NCBI GenBank assembly: GCA_035501735.1
Contig: DATJVR010000034.1
Location: 7,638 to 71,637 of the forward strand
Source: Xanthobacteraceae bacterium
GTDB taxonomy: Bacteria; Pseudomonadota; Alphaproteobacteria; Rhizobiales; Xanthobacteraceae
DNA: 64,000 nt
Reading direction: 5' to 3'
Part shown: in pieces, positions 11,056-20,589 of the stretch
Numbering within the stretch: position 1 is the stretch's first letter
Layout of the letters: each line of letters opens with the position of its first letter
Program-made: the position numbers and the translations under genes
Notes under the pieces: model-generated
What the model saw: the letters and a program-made list of their open reading frames with translations, nothing else
Told to the model about the DNA's origin: nothing
The model's database searches: none

Positions 11056-12621
11056 ATGCGGAACGTTGCGAGGGAAATCGAGCTCAAGTTGGCTCTGACG
11101 CCGGCAGATTTTGCCGCGCTTAAGGCGCATCCCACCTTCGCGGAATTGCTGGAGAGCCCGGTCAGTCATGAGACGCTGACTTCGGTATATTTCGACACTG
11201 ACCAGCGCGACCTGCGCGACCATGGCGTCACGCTGCGGGTGCGCCGCTCGGGCGACAAGTTTATTCAAACGATCAAATCCGTGTCGCCTTCCGGCAGCGT
11301 TCTTGAGCGCGGGGAATGGGAACATGAACTCGAAGGCGGTCAGCCGGATCTCGACGCCGCCGCGGGTACCGCTCTCGAGTCCGTTCTTACCGCGCACGTG
11401 CGCGCCACCCTGCGGCCGGTATTCGAGACGCGTGTAAGGCGTACCTACTATCATCTTGCCGACAGCGCTTGGCAGATCGAATTTGCCTACGATCAGGGCG
11501 AAATCGTCGCCGGCAACCGTACGTTGCCGATTTGCGAGATCGAGCTCGAACTCAAGTTCGGCTATCGCGCCGCCCTATTCGAACTGGCACGAATGATCGT
11601 GGAGGTCATCCCCGCGCAGGTCACGCTTGAGGCCAAGTCCGACCGGGCCTACCAGCTGGCCGAGGACAAACCGCAGCAATCCGTCCATGCCGAGGACATG
11701 GAGCTGGTTCCGGGCATGACCGCCGAACAGAGCTTTCAGGTCGTGGCTCTCGGCTGCCTTCGTCAACTCACCTCGAATGTTGCGCTGGTTCACAGACGCA
11801 ACCCCGAAGCGCTGCATCAGATACGCATCGCACTGCGGCGCCTGCGCACCGCGATTTCGCTGTTTGCCGAGATCGTGCGCGACGGCCAGATCGATCGGAT
11901 CAAAACCGAGTTGAAATGGCTGGGCAAGGAGCTTTCGCCCGCCCGCGACCAGGACACCTTGCATGACGAAGTGCTCTTGCCGCTGCGTCAGGAACATCCT
12001 GACCATCGGGGGTTGAGAAGCCTCTCGTTCACATTCGCCCGTCAGCGCCTGCAAAGCTACAAACGGGCGGAAAATGCCGTTCTTTCCCTGCGATTTTGCC
12101 GGCTGCTGGTTGAAACTCTGGCGTGGGTCGAAATCGGCGAATGGGCCACAACCACGGACGAACTGGCACAGCTGCGCCGCGATTGGCCGATCGAGTCCTA
12201 TGCCTCCGAACAGCTCTCCCGTCGTTGCAAGAAGATCAGAAAAAAAGGCAAACAGTTGGAAAAATTGGATCCAGAACGCCGACACATGCTGCGAATACAG
12301 GTCAAAAAAGCCCGCTATGCGACGGAGTTCTTCGCCAGCCTTTTCCACGACAAGAAATCTGCGAAACGCAGCACGCGAATTCTCAGCAGCCTGAAGCGCC
12401 TGCAGAGTTCGCTCGGGGGGCTCAATGACGTGAAAACCCGCGAAGTTCTGTGTGCCGACACCCTCGTCCAGCAGTCCCGCGCCAATGGGGCAGATGGCCG
12501 CGATCGGGCCTTCGCGGCCGGACTCGTGACCGGTAATCAGGAGGCGCGGCGTGACCAATTACTCGCCGACGCCGTCAAGGCATACGCTCAGTTCGAAGAC
12601 ATCAAGCCATTTTGGAAATGA
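11056..12621 (+). CDS. CYTH (triphosphate tunnel) plus CHAD domain protein
   Basis: N-terminal REIELKLAL CYTH signature. The C-terminal helical half has repeated basic/His motifs (RIALRRLRTA, VKKARYATEF) typical of CHAD. Confidence 0.8.
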   Translation: MRNVAREIELKLALTPADFAALKAHPTFAELLESPVSHETLTSVYFDTDQRDLRDHGVTLRVRRSGDKFIQTIKSVSPSGSVLERGEWEHELEGGQPDLDAAAGTALESVLTAHVRATLRPVFETRVRRTYYHLADSAWQIEFAYDQGEIVAGNRTLPICEIELELKFGYRAALFELARMIVEVIPAQVTLEAKSDRAYQLAEDKPQQSVHAEDMELVPGMTAEQSFQVVALGCLRQLTSNVALVHRRNPEALHQIRIALRRLRTAISLFAEIVRDGQIDRIKTELKWLGKELSPARDQDTLHDEVLLPLRQEHPDHRGLRSLSFTFARQRLQSYKRAENAVLSLRFCRLLVETLAWVEIGEWATTTDELAQLRRDWPIESYASEQLSRRCKKIRKKGKQLEKLDPERRHMLRIQVKKARYATEFFASLFHDKKSAKRSTRILSSLKRLQSSLGGLNDVKTREVLCADTLVQQSRANGADGRDRAFAAGLVTGNQEARRDQLLADAVKAYAQFEDIKPFWK

Positions 12622-12731
12622 CGCGTTTACCCATGGCGTCTGGGGCGGAGGGAAGAGCAGCTTTTTAACCAATGCCGAATAATTTCGCCGAGCCGCGTAC
12701 ATCGTCAACACATCTTGAGGATAAATCGGTT

Positions 12732-13112
12732 ATGCTGGATGACATGAGTGATTCGCTCGCGCGACTCTATGAAGCTGTCACCGCCGCCAAGCATGCGGAT
12801 CCATCCGAGTCGCGCACCGCAAAACTGCTGCGCGCCGGCCGCGCCAAAATGGCCAAAAAGCTTGCCGAGGAAGCCGTCGAGGTCGTGATCGACGCCATGG
12901 ATGGCGATCGCGACGCGGTGGTGCAGGAAAGCGCCGATCTGCTCTACAATCTTGTCGTGCTCTGGGTTGCCGCCGGCGTGAAGCCGCATCACGTCTGGGA
13001 CGAAATGAAGTATCGCGAGCGGTTGATGGGGATCGCCGAGAAGCTGCCGAAGAACGACAAGAATGGGCGCCGTAAGATCGTAGACTTGGCGGCCCGTCGC
13101 AAAGCCCGCTGA
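12732..13112 (+). CDS. hisE: phosphoribosyl-ATP pyrophosphohydrolase
   Basis: Contains LARLYEAV...RTAKLL...KMAKKLAEEAVEVVIDA...ESADLLYNLVVLW. The ATG at 12732 has GAGGA 11 nt upstream. The protein has an unusual K/R-rich C-terminal tail. Confidence 0.8.
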   Translation: MLDDMSDSLARLYEAVTAAKHADPSESRTAKLLRAGRAKMAKKLAEEAVEVVIDAMDGDRDAVVQESADLLYNLVVLWVAAGVKPHHVWDEMKYRERLMGIAEKLPKNDKNGRRKIVDLAARRKAR

Positions 13113-13173
13113 GCCGCCCTAACTACCTGAAAAAGATACGAATTTGATCGCTGCGAAAGCGGCGTTCCAGATT

Positions 13174-13956
13174 TTATTCCATGAACCAGCCGTGGCTGAC
13201 GACGATTGATTGCCCGGTGAGCGCATTGGTCTTGGAGCCGGCGAAATACATCACCGCTTCGGCGACGTCCTCAACGGTGGTGAATTCGCCGTCGACGGTC
13301 TCCTTCAGCATCACGTTCTTGACGACTTCGGCTTCGGTTATGCCGAGGGCCTTCGCCTGCTCGGGAATTTGCTTTTCGACCAGTGCTGTGCGCACGAAGC
13401 CCGGGCACACCACATTGGCGCGCACATTGTGCTTCGCGCCTTCCTTGGCGACCACGCGCGCGAGGCCGAGGAGGCCGTGTTTTGCGGCCACATAGGCCGA
13501 TTTGAGAACAGAGGCCTCCTTGGAGTGCACCGAGCCGATGTAGATGATCGAGCCTGATTTGGCGGGGTACATGTATTTCAGGCAGGCCTTGGTGGTCAGA
13601 AATGCGCCGTCGAGATGGACCGCGAGCATCTTCTTCCATTCGGAGAAGGGGAATTCCTCGATCGGGTGAACAATCTGAATTCCGGCGTTGCTGACGAGAA
13701 TGTCGATCTTCCCATAGGCTGATTTCACGGCGTCGATGCCGGCGTTGACCTGAGCCTCGTTGCTGACATCCATGGCAACCCCCATGGCGACGCCGTTCGC
13801 GGCGGTGATTTCACGCGCGGCTGCATCGGCGGCATCTTGTTTCAGGTCGGCGATCACCACTTTCGCGCCTTCTTGCGCAAAGCAATGTGCGATCTCGTTT
13901 CCGATGCCGCTCGCAGCGCCGGTGACGATGGCAACCTTGTTTTCGAAACGCCTCAT
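13174..13956 (-). CDS. bdhA: D-3-hydroxybutyrate dehydrogenase (SDR)
   Basis: Contains [52 protein letters not shown] and YVAAKHG. It closely matches remembered BdhA sequences. Confidence 0.85.
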   Translation of the reverse strand: MRRFENKVAIVTGAASGIGNEIAHCFAQEGAKVVIADLKQDAADAAAREITAANGVAMGVAMDVSNEAQVNAGIDAVKSAYGKIDILVSNAGIQIVHPIEEFPFSEWKKMLAVHLDGAFLTTKACLKYMYPAKSGSIIYIGSVHSKEASVLKSAYVAAKHGLLGLARVVAKEGAKHNVRANVVCPGFVRTALVEKQIPEQAKALGITEAEVVKNVMLKETVDGEFTTVEDVAEAVMYFAGSKTNALTGQSIVVSHGWFME

Positions 13957-13979
13957 GATGCTGCTCCTTGTGTAGGTAA

Positions 13980-14720
13980 TTATTTGGCGAGATAGTCGTG
14001 AACGACCTCGCCGAGACTGAGGGTGAGATCGGCGATCAGATGGACGCCGGAGATCACCTCCAGTACCGGAAGATCGGTCAGCGGCGCCAGCGCATGCGGA
14101 TAAAGTTCGAGTGCCGCCGGTCCGGTCCAGGCGCCCTTCAGCGACACATCGCCAAGCCGGTAGCGCACGAGTTCGCAGATGCGCGGCGTGCCGTCGACAT
14201 GCGGGATGATTTTCAGCAGGAAGCCGGGCTCGGCCAGCGCTTTTAATACCGCTTCGCGTGCCACTGGCTTGTGCTTATAGCCCATGCTGCCGGTGGCGAC
14301 GCGAGTGGGACCGTAGTCGAGCGTGCCGAGCAGCGTGTCGCGCTCGACGCGCAAAGACGGGAACGCCAGTTTCTTTGGAAAGCCCCACAGTTCGCGGCCG
14401 CCGGCGATGGGCGGATCGTCGTCGAGGAACATGGCATGCACGTAGCCACCCATCTCGCCAGCAAAGCGCACCGGAATGACCTGGCCGGATTCGGTGTAGT
14501 CGCCGAAGCCTGTTGAGTCGGGCATGCGGATGAATTCGTACTTAACGACCGGGTCGACGATTTCCAGCGGCTTCGGCACGACCCGCTCGAGCGCCGCGCA
14601 GTCGGTACGGTAGGTGATGATCATGAATTCGCGATCGATGAAGCGATACGGCCCGGGCGGATAGGTCGGGCTATGCAGCGGCATCGAGAAGGCTTTTTGG
14701 CGAACCGCGTCGGCTTTCAT
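13980..14720 (-). CDS. adc: acetoacetate decarboxylase (catalytic residues intact)
   Basis: Aligns without gaps to Clostridium Adc as remembered. DREF (R29), YTESGQ (E76) and FPKKLA (K115/K116) are all present. The ATG at 14720 is preferred over the TTG at 14744. Confidence 0.85.
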   Translation of the reverse strand: MKADAVRQKAFSMPLHSPTYPPGPYRFIDREFMIITYRTDCAALERVVPKPLEIVDPVVKYEFIRMPDSTGFGDYTESGQVIPVRFAGEMGGYVHAMFLDDDPPIAGGRELWGFPKKLAFPSLRVERDTLLGTLDYGPTRVATGSMGYKHKPVAREAVLKALAEPGFLLKIIPHVDGTPRICELVRYRLGDVSLKGAWTGPAALELYPHALAPLTDLPVLEVISGVHLIADLTLSLGEVVHDYLAK

Positions 14721-14740
14721 CGCAAACGGACCTAATATTT

Positions 14741-15478
14741 TCAAGCAAGGTAATCGTGGACGACTTCACCATGCGGCAATGTGAAATCGGTGATCAAGTG
14801 AATGCCGGAAACGACCTCGCGCACCGGCAGATCGGTCAGCGGCGCAAGCGCATGCGAATGCAATTCAAGTGAGCATGGCCCGGTCCAAGCGCCATGCAAC
14901 ACGATGTCGCGGTGAAAATAGCGCACCAGCTCGCAAATCCGCGGCTTGCCATCCACATGCGGTATGATCTTGAGCAGGAATCTGGGCTCGCTGATTGTCC
15001 GCAAGACTGCGTCATCGGCGACCGAGCGGTGCTTGTAGCCCATCGTTCCCTTGGCCACCTGGACCGGGCCGTAATCGAGCGCGCCGACCAAAGTGTCATG
15101 CTCCACCGCCAGGCTCGGTTTCGCAAGCTTCTGCGGAAAACCCCAGAGCTCGCGCCCGCCCGAGATCGGCGCATACACATCAAGATACCTGATGTGGGTA
15201 TACGAGCCAGGCTGACCGTTGAACCGCACCGGAATATCCTGCGCCGCGCCCGAATAGCGTCCGAAGCCAGTGCTGCTTTCCATCCGCATGAATTCGCAGC
15301 GCACCAGCGGCTCGTCGAATGTGAGTGGCTCAGGCACGGCTTCTTCGAGCGCCGCGCGATCGGTGCGATAGGTGATGATGAGGTATTCGCGGTTGATATA
15401 TCGGTAGGGCCCGCGCGCGAACGACGGGCTCGTGAGCGGCATCGCAAAGGCGTTTTTGACGACGTCGGCCGGTTCCAC
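14741..15478 (-). CDS. acetoacetate decarboxylase-family paralog lacking the Schiff-base lysine
   Basis: Same fold-length alignment, but it reads FPQKLA (K115 to Q) and YSGAAQ (E76 to G). GTG start with GGAG upstream. Confidence 0.8.
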   Translation of the reverse strand: MEPADVVKNAFAMPLTSPSFARGPYRYINREYLIITYRTDRAALEEAVPEPLTFDEPLVRCEFMRMESSTGFGRYSGAAQDIPVRFNGQPGSYTHIRYLDVYAPISGGRELWGFPQKLAKPSLAVEHDTLVGALDYGPVQVAKGTMGYKHRSVADDAVLRTISEPRFLLKIIPHVDGKPRICELVRYFHRDIVLHGAWTGPCSLELHSHALAPLTDLPVREVVSGIHLITDFTLPHGEVVHDYLA

Positions 15479-15493
15479 CGAAAATCACTCCGA

Positions 15494-16711
15494 TCACGCG
15501 CGTTTTCGATATCCCTGTAAAAACTGCGGCGGAGCATCCTCCATCGGCGGTTCTTGCTGCGGAGCAGGCTTGTGCTTGCCAGTGAGAATGTCATGCACGA
15601 CATCGAACACTCGCACGCCGACGTCCTTTGGAATAGGCGCGAGCCAGGGGGCGGCGGTCAGCGTTGTGAGCGCATCGCTAAGTCCCTGCTGCCAGCGCTC
15701 GTTCATCGTGCTACGGGTGAATTCGTAGTCCTTGTAGGCGCCTTGCGGTTCGTGCGGGCGATAGATGAGCTGCACGATGTCCATTTCGGTGACGCAACCG
15801 AATTCGTAGAGATGCTTGGCCTGTTCCGAGTGACGGACCTCGGGCGGCAGAATTGTCATCAGCTCGTTGATCGCATGGCGCACTTCGTGACGCTGCCGGA
15901 AATTCTCGGTGGTGATGCGGGTGCGGCTGGAGTAGCGGATGTCCTTCTCGCGTTCGCTGACTTCTTCAAGATTGGTCGGCAGCGGTCCACGGGCCTGGAA
16001 CACGTCGACCTGGAAAGTCAGGCGGCTGCGACGCGGACTGTAATCGAGCACATATTGCAGAGGGGTGTTGGAGACCAGCCCGCCGTCCCAGTAGAACTTG
16101 CCGTCGATTTCGACCGGCGGAAAACCAGGCGGCAGCGCGCCGCTTGCCATCACATGCTCGGTGCGAATGCGCTCATGCGCGCTGTCGAAATACTTAAACT
16201 GGCCGGTATGCACATTGACCGCGCCGACGCTCAGACGGGTTTCCTTGGCATCATTGATGCGATCGAAATCGACGAGCCGCTCCAGCGTCTCCTTGAGCGC
16301 TGCCGTGTTGTAGTAGCTCGTGGGCGAAGTCACCCCGAACCATTCCTGCATCGCACGCGGGGCAAAAAAGCCGGGCTGGCCGAACATCAGCGCGGCGACT
16401 CCGCCGGTCATCCGCTGCCAGGTGGCGAGCGTTCCGTTCAGGCCTTCAGGCCACCACGCCGTCGGTGCCGTAATCTCCTCCCAGAATTTGCGCAGATGCG
16501 GCACGCGCTTATCGTGGGCGTTGCCGGCGATGATCGCCGCGTTGATCGCGCCGATCGAAATGCCGGCGACCCAGTCGGGCAAATATTCGGAGGCGGAGAG
16601 TGCCTCATAGACGCCGGCTTGGTAACTGCCGAGGGCGCCACCCCCCTGCAGCACGAGGCTGACCTTCTTGTCGTAGGATGCCGGGCGTGGCGGCGGCCTG
16701 AGATCACTCAT
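15494..16711 (-). CDS. patatin-like phospholipase-family hydrolase
   Basis: LVLQGGGALGSYQAGVYEAL oxyanion motif and GISIGAINAA nucleophile elbow (GxSxG). The ATG at 16711 is preceded by GAGGAGG. Confidence 0.8.
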   Translation of the reverse strand: MSDLRPPPRPASYDKKVSLVLQGGGALGSYQAGVYEALSASEYLPDWVAGISIGAINAAIIAGNAHDKRVPHLRKFWEEITAPTAWWPEGLNGTLATWQRMTGGVAALMFGQPGFFAPRAMQEWFGVTSPTSYYNTAALKETLERLVDFDRINDAKETRLSVGAVNVHTGQFKYFDSAHERIRTEHVMASGALPPGFPPVEIDGKFYWDGGLVSNTPLQYVLDYSPRRSRLTFQVDVFQARGPLPTNLEEVSEREKDIRYSSRTRITTENFRQRHEVRHAINELMTILPPEVRHSEQAKHLYEFGCVTEMDIVQLIYRPHEPQGAYKDYEFTRSTMNERWQQGLSDALTTLTAAPWLAPIPKDVGVRVFDVVHDILTGKHKPAPQQEPPMEDAPPQFLQGYRKRA

Positions 16712-16921
16712 GATGCACCTCCTCACTGAAAATCACTGGTGCCGCTGGCCCGTCGATAAAGGATGGCGGCGAATGTGGCGAACCCGCGCCCGCAGTGCGC
16801 GGTCGTTCCCATGCCCCATAGCACCCTCGCATTGTAACGCCAAAAACGGTATCTCCAGCGCGCGCGCTGGGTGGTAACTTTCGCTTGATAATGAAGCGGA
16901 CACGCGCGGCGAGGAGGTCCC

Positions 16922-17623
16922 ATGGATTTTCGCGATAGGCATGTTGTCGTGACAGGCGGTACCGGCGCGCTTGGCACCGCCGTCGTGGGGGCCTTGCTTG
17001 CGTCCGGGGCGCATTGCCATGTTCCCTATTTCGTGGCGGCGGAAGCTGAGCGTTTTGCCCACCGCACGCATCCACAGGTCAAGCTCATTGCGGGCGGCGA
17101 TCTTGCCGACGAAGGCGTCGTCGCGCGCATCTATGACGGCGTGCCTCGTTTGTGGGCATCGATCCATCTGGCCGGCGGTTTTGCGTTCGGTCCGGTCGCC
17201 AAGGCGAGCAAGGCCGATGTTACGGGCCAGCTCGACAAGAATTTTCTTACTTGTTTTTTGTGCTGTCGCGCCGCGGCGGCTGCGATCGGGCGTGCGGCTG
17301 GTGGCGGACGAATCGTCAATGTGGTGGCACGGGCGGCGCTCGAATGGCGCATGGGCGCGAATACGGCGGCGTACGTTGCCAGCAAAGCCGCGGTGGCGGC
17401 ATTCACCACTGCGTTCGCACAGGAAGTTGTGAAGGAAGGAATCCTCGTCAATGCGGTCGCGCCGTCGATCATGGATACGCCGGCCAATCGCAAGGACATG
17501 CCCAATGCCGACCATGCCAGCTGGCCGAAAGTCGACGAAGTGGCGGCGACAATTCTGTTTCTCGCCTCGCCGGAGAACAGCGTCACGAGCGGGGCGGTTG
17601 TGCCGGTGTACGGTCGCGCGTAA
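16922..17623 (+). CDS. SDR-family oxidoreductase
   Basis: VVVTGGTGALGTAV Rossmann motif and YVASKAAV catalytic motif, with GAGGAGG upstream. Confidence 0.75.
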   Translation: MDFRDRHVVVTGGTGALGTAVVGALLASGAHCHVPYFVAAEAERFAHRTHPQVKLIAGGDLADEGVVARIYDGVPRLWASIHLAGGFAFGPVAKASKADVTGQLDKNFLTCFLCCRAAAAAIGRAAGGGRIVNVVARAALEWRMGANTAAYVASKAAVAAFTTAFAQEVVKEGILVNAVAPSIMDTPANRKDMPNADHASWPKVDEVAATILFLASPENSVTSGAVVPVYGRA

Positions 17624-17700
17624 GTGACGGCGAGCAATCGCTCATGCTGACTGGCAAAATTCAACATGAAAGGCGAATGCTGCGTGAGCATCAAAAGGCA

Positions 17701-19989
17701 TTAATGGGCCACAACAGCATCGTAGATATCTTCTTCCTGCGCGGTATGAATACGTACGAGGGTCTCGATCGCCTCGATGATGCGCTGGGCATCACGGACG
17801 AGATAGCGATCGATCTTTTCTGACGGCAGGTCCTCGATCAAGCGGGCGAGCAAGCGCGCGAGATGGAGGATCTCGCGATGTGCCCTGCTCATGGCCGTGA
17901 GACCGTGGCCATCCATGAGAATCTTTGCGAGTCGCGGATAGACAGTGCCTTCATCGTCGCGTTCGTGCGCAACCACCTGCTTCTGGACGATGGCATTCGC
18001 TTCGATGATCAGAGCCGATGCGTTCTCGGGGGCAATTTCGTCGAGTTCGTCGGCAATCGATCGCAGCCGGTCCAGACCACGCACGAGCGCCACGTGGTCG
18101 TGATGCATCTCGCGTCCGACGGCCGCTGGTATCGTGCGCCGGACGCGGCTATCCGCCGGGTTTAGGGCACGCAAGGCATTGAGGATGACCACGACGTCGA
18201 TCACCTCCTGAAAGATCGCCGCGGGTACCGGCGCCAACCATCCAACCATCGCTGCCAGCATGGCGAGGGCCGACAAGCCCATACCGGCGACAATGCTTTC
18301 TACGGCGATGCGACGTGCACGTTGCGCGATCTTGATGGCATCGCTGACGCGATCAAGACGGTCCGCCAGGATCACCACATCTGCGACTTCCGATGAGGCG
18401 CTGGCACCGCGCGCGCCAAGCGCGATTCCCACGTCGGCCGCTGCCAGAGCTGGGGCGTCGTTGATGCCGTCGCCGACCATGATGGTCGGACTGAGCCGTT
18501 GCTCGGTGCGCACGGCGTCAACTTTGTCGGAGGGGACGCGATCGGCCAGCACGGCGTCGAGATCGAGCGCGGCGCCGATTGTCTGCGCGGTAGCGGCGCG
18601 GTCTCCGGTGATCATGACGATGCGCGCAACACCTGCTTCGCGCAACATACGGATGGCACGTGGAGTGTCGGACCGCAGTTCGTCGGCGAGCAGCAGCGCG
18701 CCGATCGGTCGCCCCTCCATCGCAACGAATACGATGAGCGCCGATCGCCACGAGGCACGCCGTATTGCCCGCAGAGCCCATTCGGGCGTGCGCTGGTGCG
18801 CAAAGATCATATCGCGCGAACCTGCGCTCACGCGCCTGCCTTCAACGACGCCGTGCAGTCCCGAACCCAATGCTTCCTTCGCCTCCTGTGGCACCTGCAG
18901 TATCAGACCGCGTTCGGCGGCCGCCTGTACGATGGCGCCGGCAAGCACATGGTGCGAAGCCTGCTCGAGCGAGGCGCCGAGCATCAGCACTTCCTCGGGC
19001 TTCTCGCCTGCCGCCGTCTCGATGGAGAGAAGACGCGCGCCGCCGACCGTCAACGTCCCGGTCTTGTCGAACAGAATGGTTTGTGCGCGCGCCAGCGCCT
19101 CGAGCGGCCCGCCGCCCTTGACCAGAATGCCGCGCCGGGCCGATTGGGCAACGCCAGCAATGAAGGCGACCGGCGCTGCCAAAATGAGTGGGCACGGCGT
19201 GGCTGCAACAAGCACGGCGAGGCTGCGAATGAGATCACCCGAGATCAGCCAGGCGACGAAGGCCACCAAGAGAGTTACAGGCAGGAACACCAGCGCGTAG
19301 CGGTCGGCGAGTCGCACGAATGGCGCCTTAGCCGTTTGCGCTGCGGTCACGAGACGCACGATACCGGCATAGGTACTTTCGCCGGCCACCGCCGATGCCG
19401 TCATTTCGAAGGTCTCGCCTGTGTTCAATGAGCCACTGAAGGTTGCAGCACCTCTTGCCTTGAAAACCGGGATCGGTTCGCCAGTCAGCGCCGACTCGTC
19501 GATCGTTGCCGCATTCGATGTGATAATGCCATCGACCGGAACCACTTCACCCGCTCGCACCAACAGCCGATCGCCCACCGCGATGGCGCCGATGGGGACG
19601 TCCTCGATGCCGTCGTCGACGTGGCGATGTGCTCCGCGCGGCGCGCGATCGACCAGCGAGCGCAAATCGTGCTGAGCACGGGCGACAGCAATGTCCTCAA
19701 GAACATTGCCGCCGGAATACATCAGCGCCACGACGGCGCCGGCCAAGGGCTGGCCGAGCACGAGCGCGGCAATCATCGATACGAGCGCAATCGCATCGAC
19801 ACCGAAACGTCCGACCAGAAAATCCCGCACGATTGAGACCGCAAGACCTGCCACCACCGGAATGGTCGCAATCGTCCAACATAGATCGGCAAGATCCGGT
19901 CTACCGGACACGCGGGAGAAAATTCCCGCGGCCAATCCTGTAATAGCGATCAAAACCAGCGCCGATCGCAGGATACGCTCAAGGGACAT
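17701..19989 (-). CDS. P1B-type heavy-metal ATPase with TPCP motif and C-terminal hemerythrin-like domain (P1B-5-like)
   Basis: Contains DKTGTLT, GDGINDAPAL and VAATPCPLILAAP in the transmembrane region. There is no N-terminal CxxC domain. The last ~150 aa are rich in H/E/D motifs (HHDH, HERDDE, HREILH, HTAQEED). An alternative TTG start lies at 20022. Confidence 0.8.
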   Translation of the reverse strand: MSLERILRSALVLIAITGLAAGIFSRVSGRPDLADLCWTIATIPVVAGLAVSIVRDFLVGRFGVDAIALVSMIAALVLGQPLAGAVVALMYSGGNVLEDIAVARAQHDLRSLVDRAPRGAHRHVDDGIEDVPIGAIAVGDRLLVRAGEVVPVDGIITSNAATIDESALTGEPIPVFKARGAATFSGSLNTGETFEMTASAVAGESTYAGIVRLVTAAQTAKAPFVRLADRYALVFLPVTLLVAFVAWLISGDLIRSLAVLVAATPCPLILAAPVAFIAGVAQSARRGILVKGGGPLEALARAQTILFDKTGTLTVGGARLLSIETAAGEKPEEVLMLGASLEQASHHVLAGAIVQAAAERGLILQVPQEAKEALGSGLHGVVEGRRVSAGSRDMIFAHQRTPEWALRAIRRASWRSALIVFVAMEGRPIGALLLADELRSDTPRAIRMLREAGVARIVMITGDRAATAQTIGAALDLDAVLADRVPSDKVDAVRTEQRLSPTIMVGDGINDAPALAAADVGIALGARGASASSEVADVVILADRLDRVSDAIKIAQRARRIAVESIVAGMGLSALAMLAAMVGWLAPVPAAIFQEVIDVVVILNALRALNPADSRVRRTIPAAVGREMHHDHVALVRGLDRLRSIADELDEIAPENASALIIEANAIVQKQVVAHERDDEGTVYPRLAKILMDGHGLTAMSRAHREILHLARLLARLIEDLPSEKIDRYLVRDAQRIIEAIETLVRIHTAQEEDIYDAVVAH

Positions 19990-20091
19990 CGGCCTGTTCC
20001 GTGGTTTAAGCAGAATTCCCAATTCCTAACCGAAATTGCGGTTACTGCACTTGATGATTCAATTAAATGACGGGATTTGCGTTTCGCTGCT

Positions 20092-20105
20092 TTGAGGGAG
20101 ATCAA
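20092..20105 (-). promoter_or_regulatory. FNR/FixK-type box TTGAGGGAGATCAA upstream of the P1B ATPase gene
   Basis: 9/10 match to TTGAT-N4-ATCAA, centred about 76 nt (TTG start) or 110 nt (ATG start) upstream of the ORF. Confidence 0.55.
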
Positions 20106-20209
20106 TTCAATATTGGCTCAAGCCGCCAGGTCATGAGCGCGCCTCGCTGAGCCGGTGAATCGCCAGGGGCTAATTGCGAAAATCAAACGCCAAACTACTC
20201 TGCGCCAAA

Positions 20210-20527
20210 CTATCTTGACAAAGATTTTATATAAGCCGCCAGGTCGGTTGCTTCTGCCCGCGTCAGTGACATGTCCGGCATCTTCGGATGCGGAGAGAGC
20301 AGGAAAAATGCCAACTGCTCTGCATTGAAACCGGGGCGGCGTGCAACGGTCGCAAATGGGGCGGCTTCACTTGTCGGGCGACGCTGGTTGGGCGCCACGA
20401 CGTGACAGTCCGCACACCATCGGTGGGCTATCTGTTCGCCATGCCTGGCATCGGCTGCCCACCCCGAGGACTCCGTCAGCACCATTTGTGCGATGAAACA
20501 GAAAGCGACGATCGGGATCTTTTTCAT
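20210..20527 (-). CDS. monoheme class I c-type cytochrome, secreted
   Basis: MKKIPIVAFCFIAQMVL signal peptide, a single CADCH heme motif and a distal Met (HPKMPDM). Confidence 0.75.
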   Translation of the reverse strand: MKKIPIVAFCFIAQMVLTESSGWAADARHGEQIAHRWCADCHVVAPNQRRPTSEAAPFATVARRPGFNAEQLAFFLLSPHPKMPDMSLTRAEATDLAAYIKSLSR

Positions 20528-20589
20528 ATTTGCTTCGTCAATCTTTGTTGGGCGCTGCGGTCGAGGGAGACCGTCGCGGAAGGGGGTCG

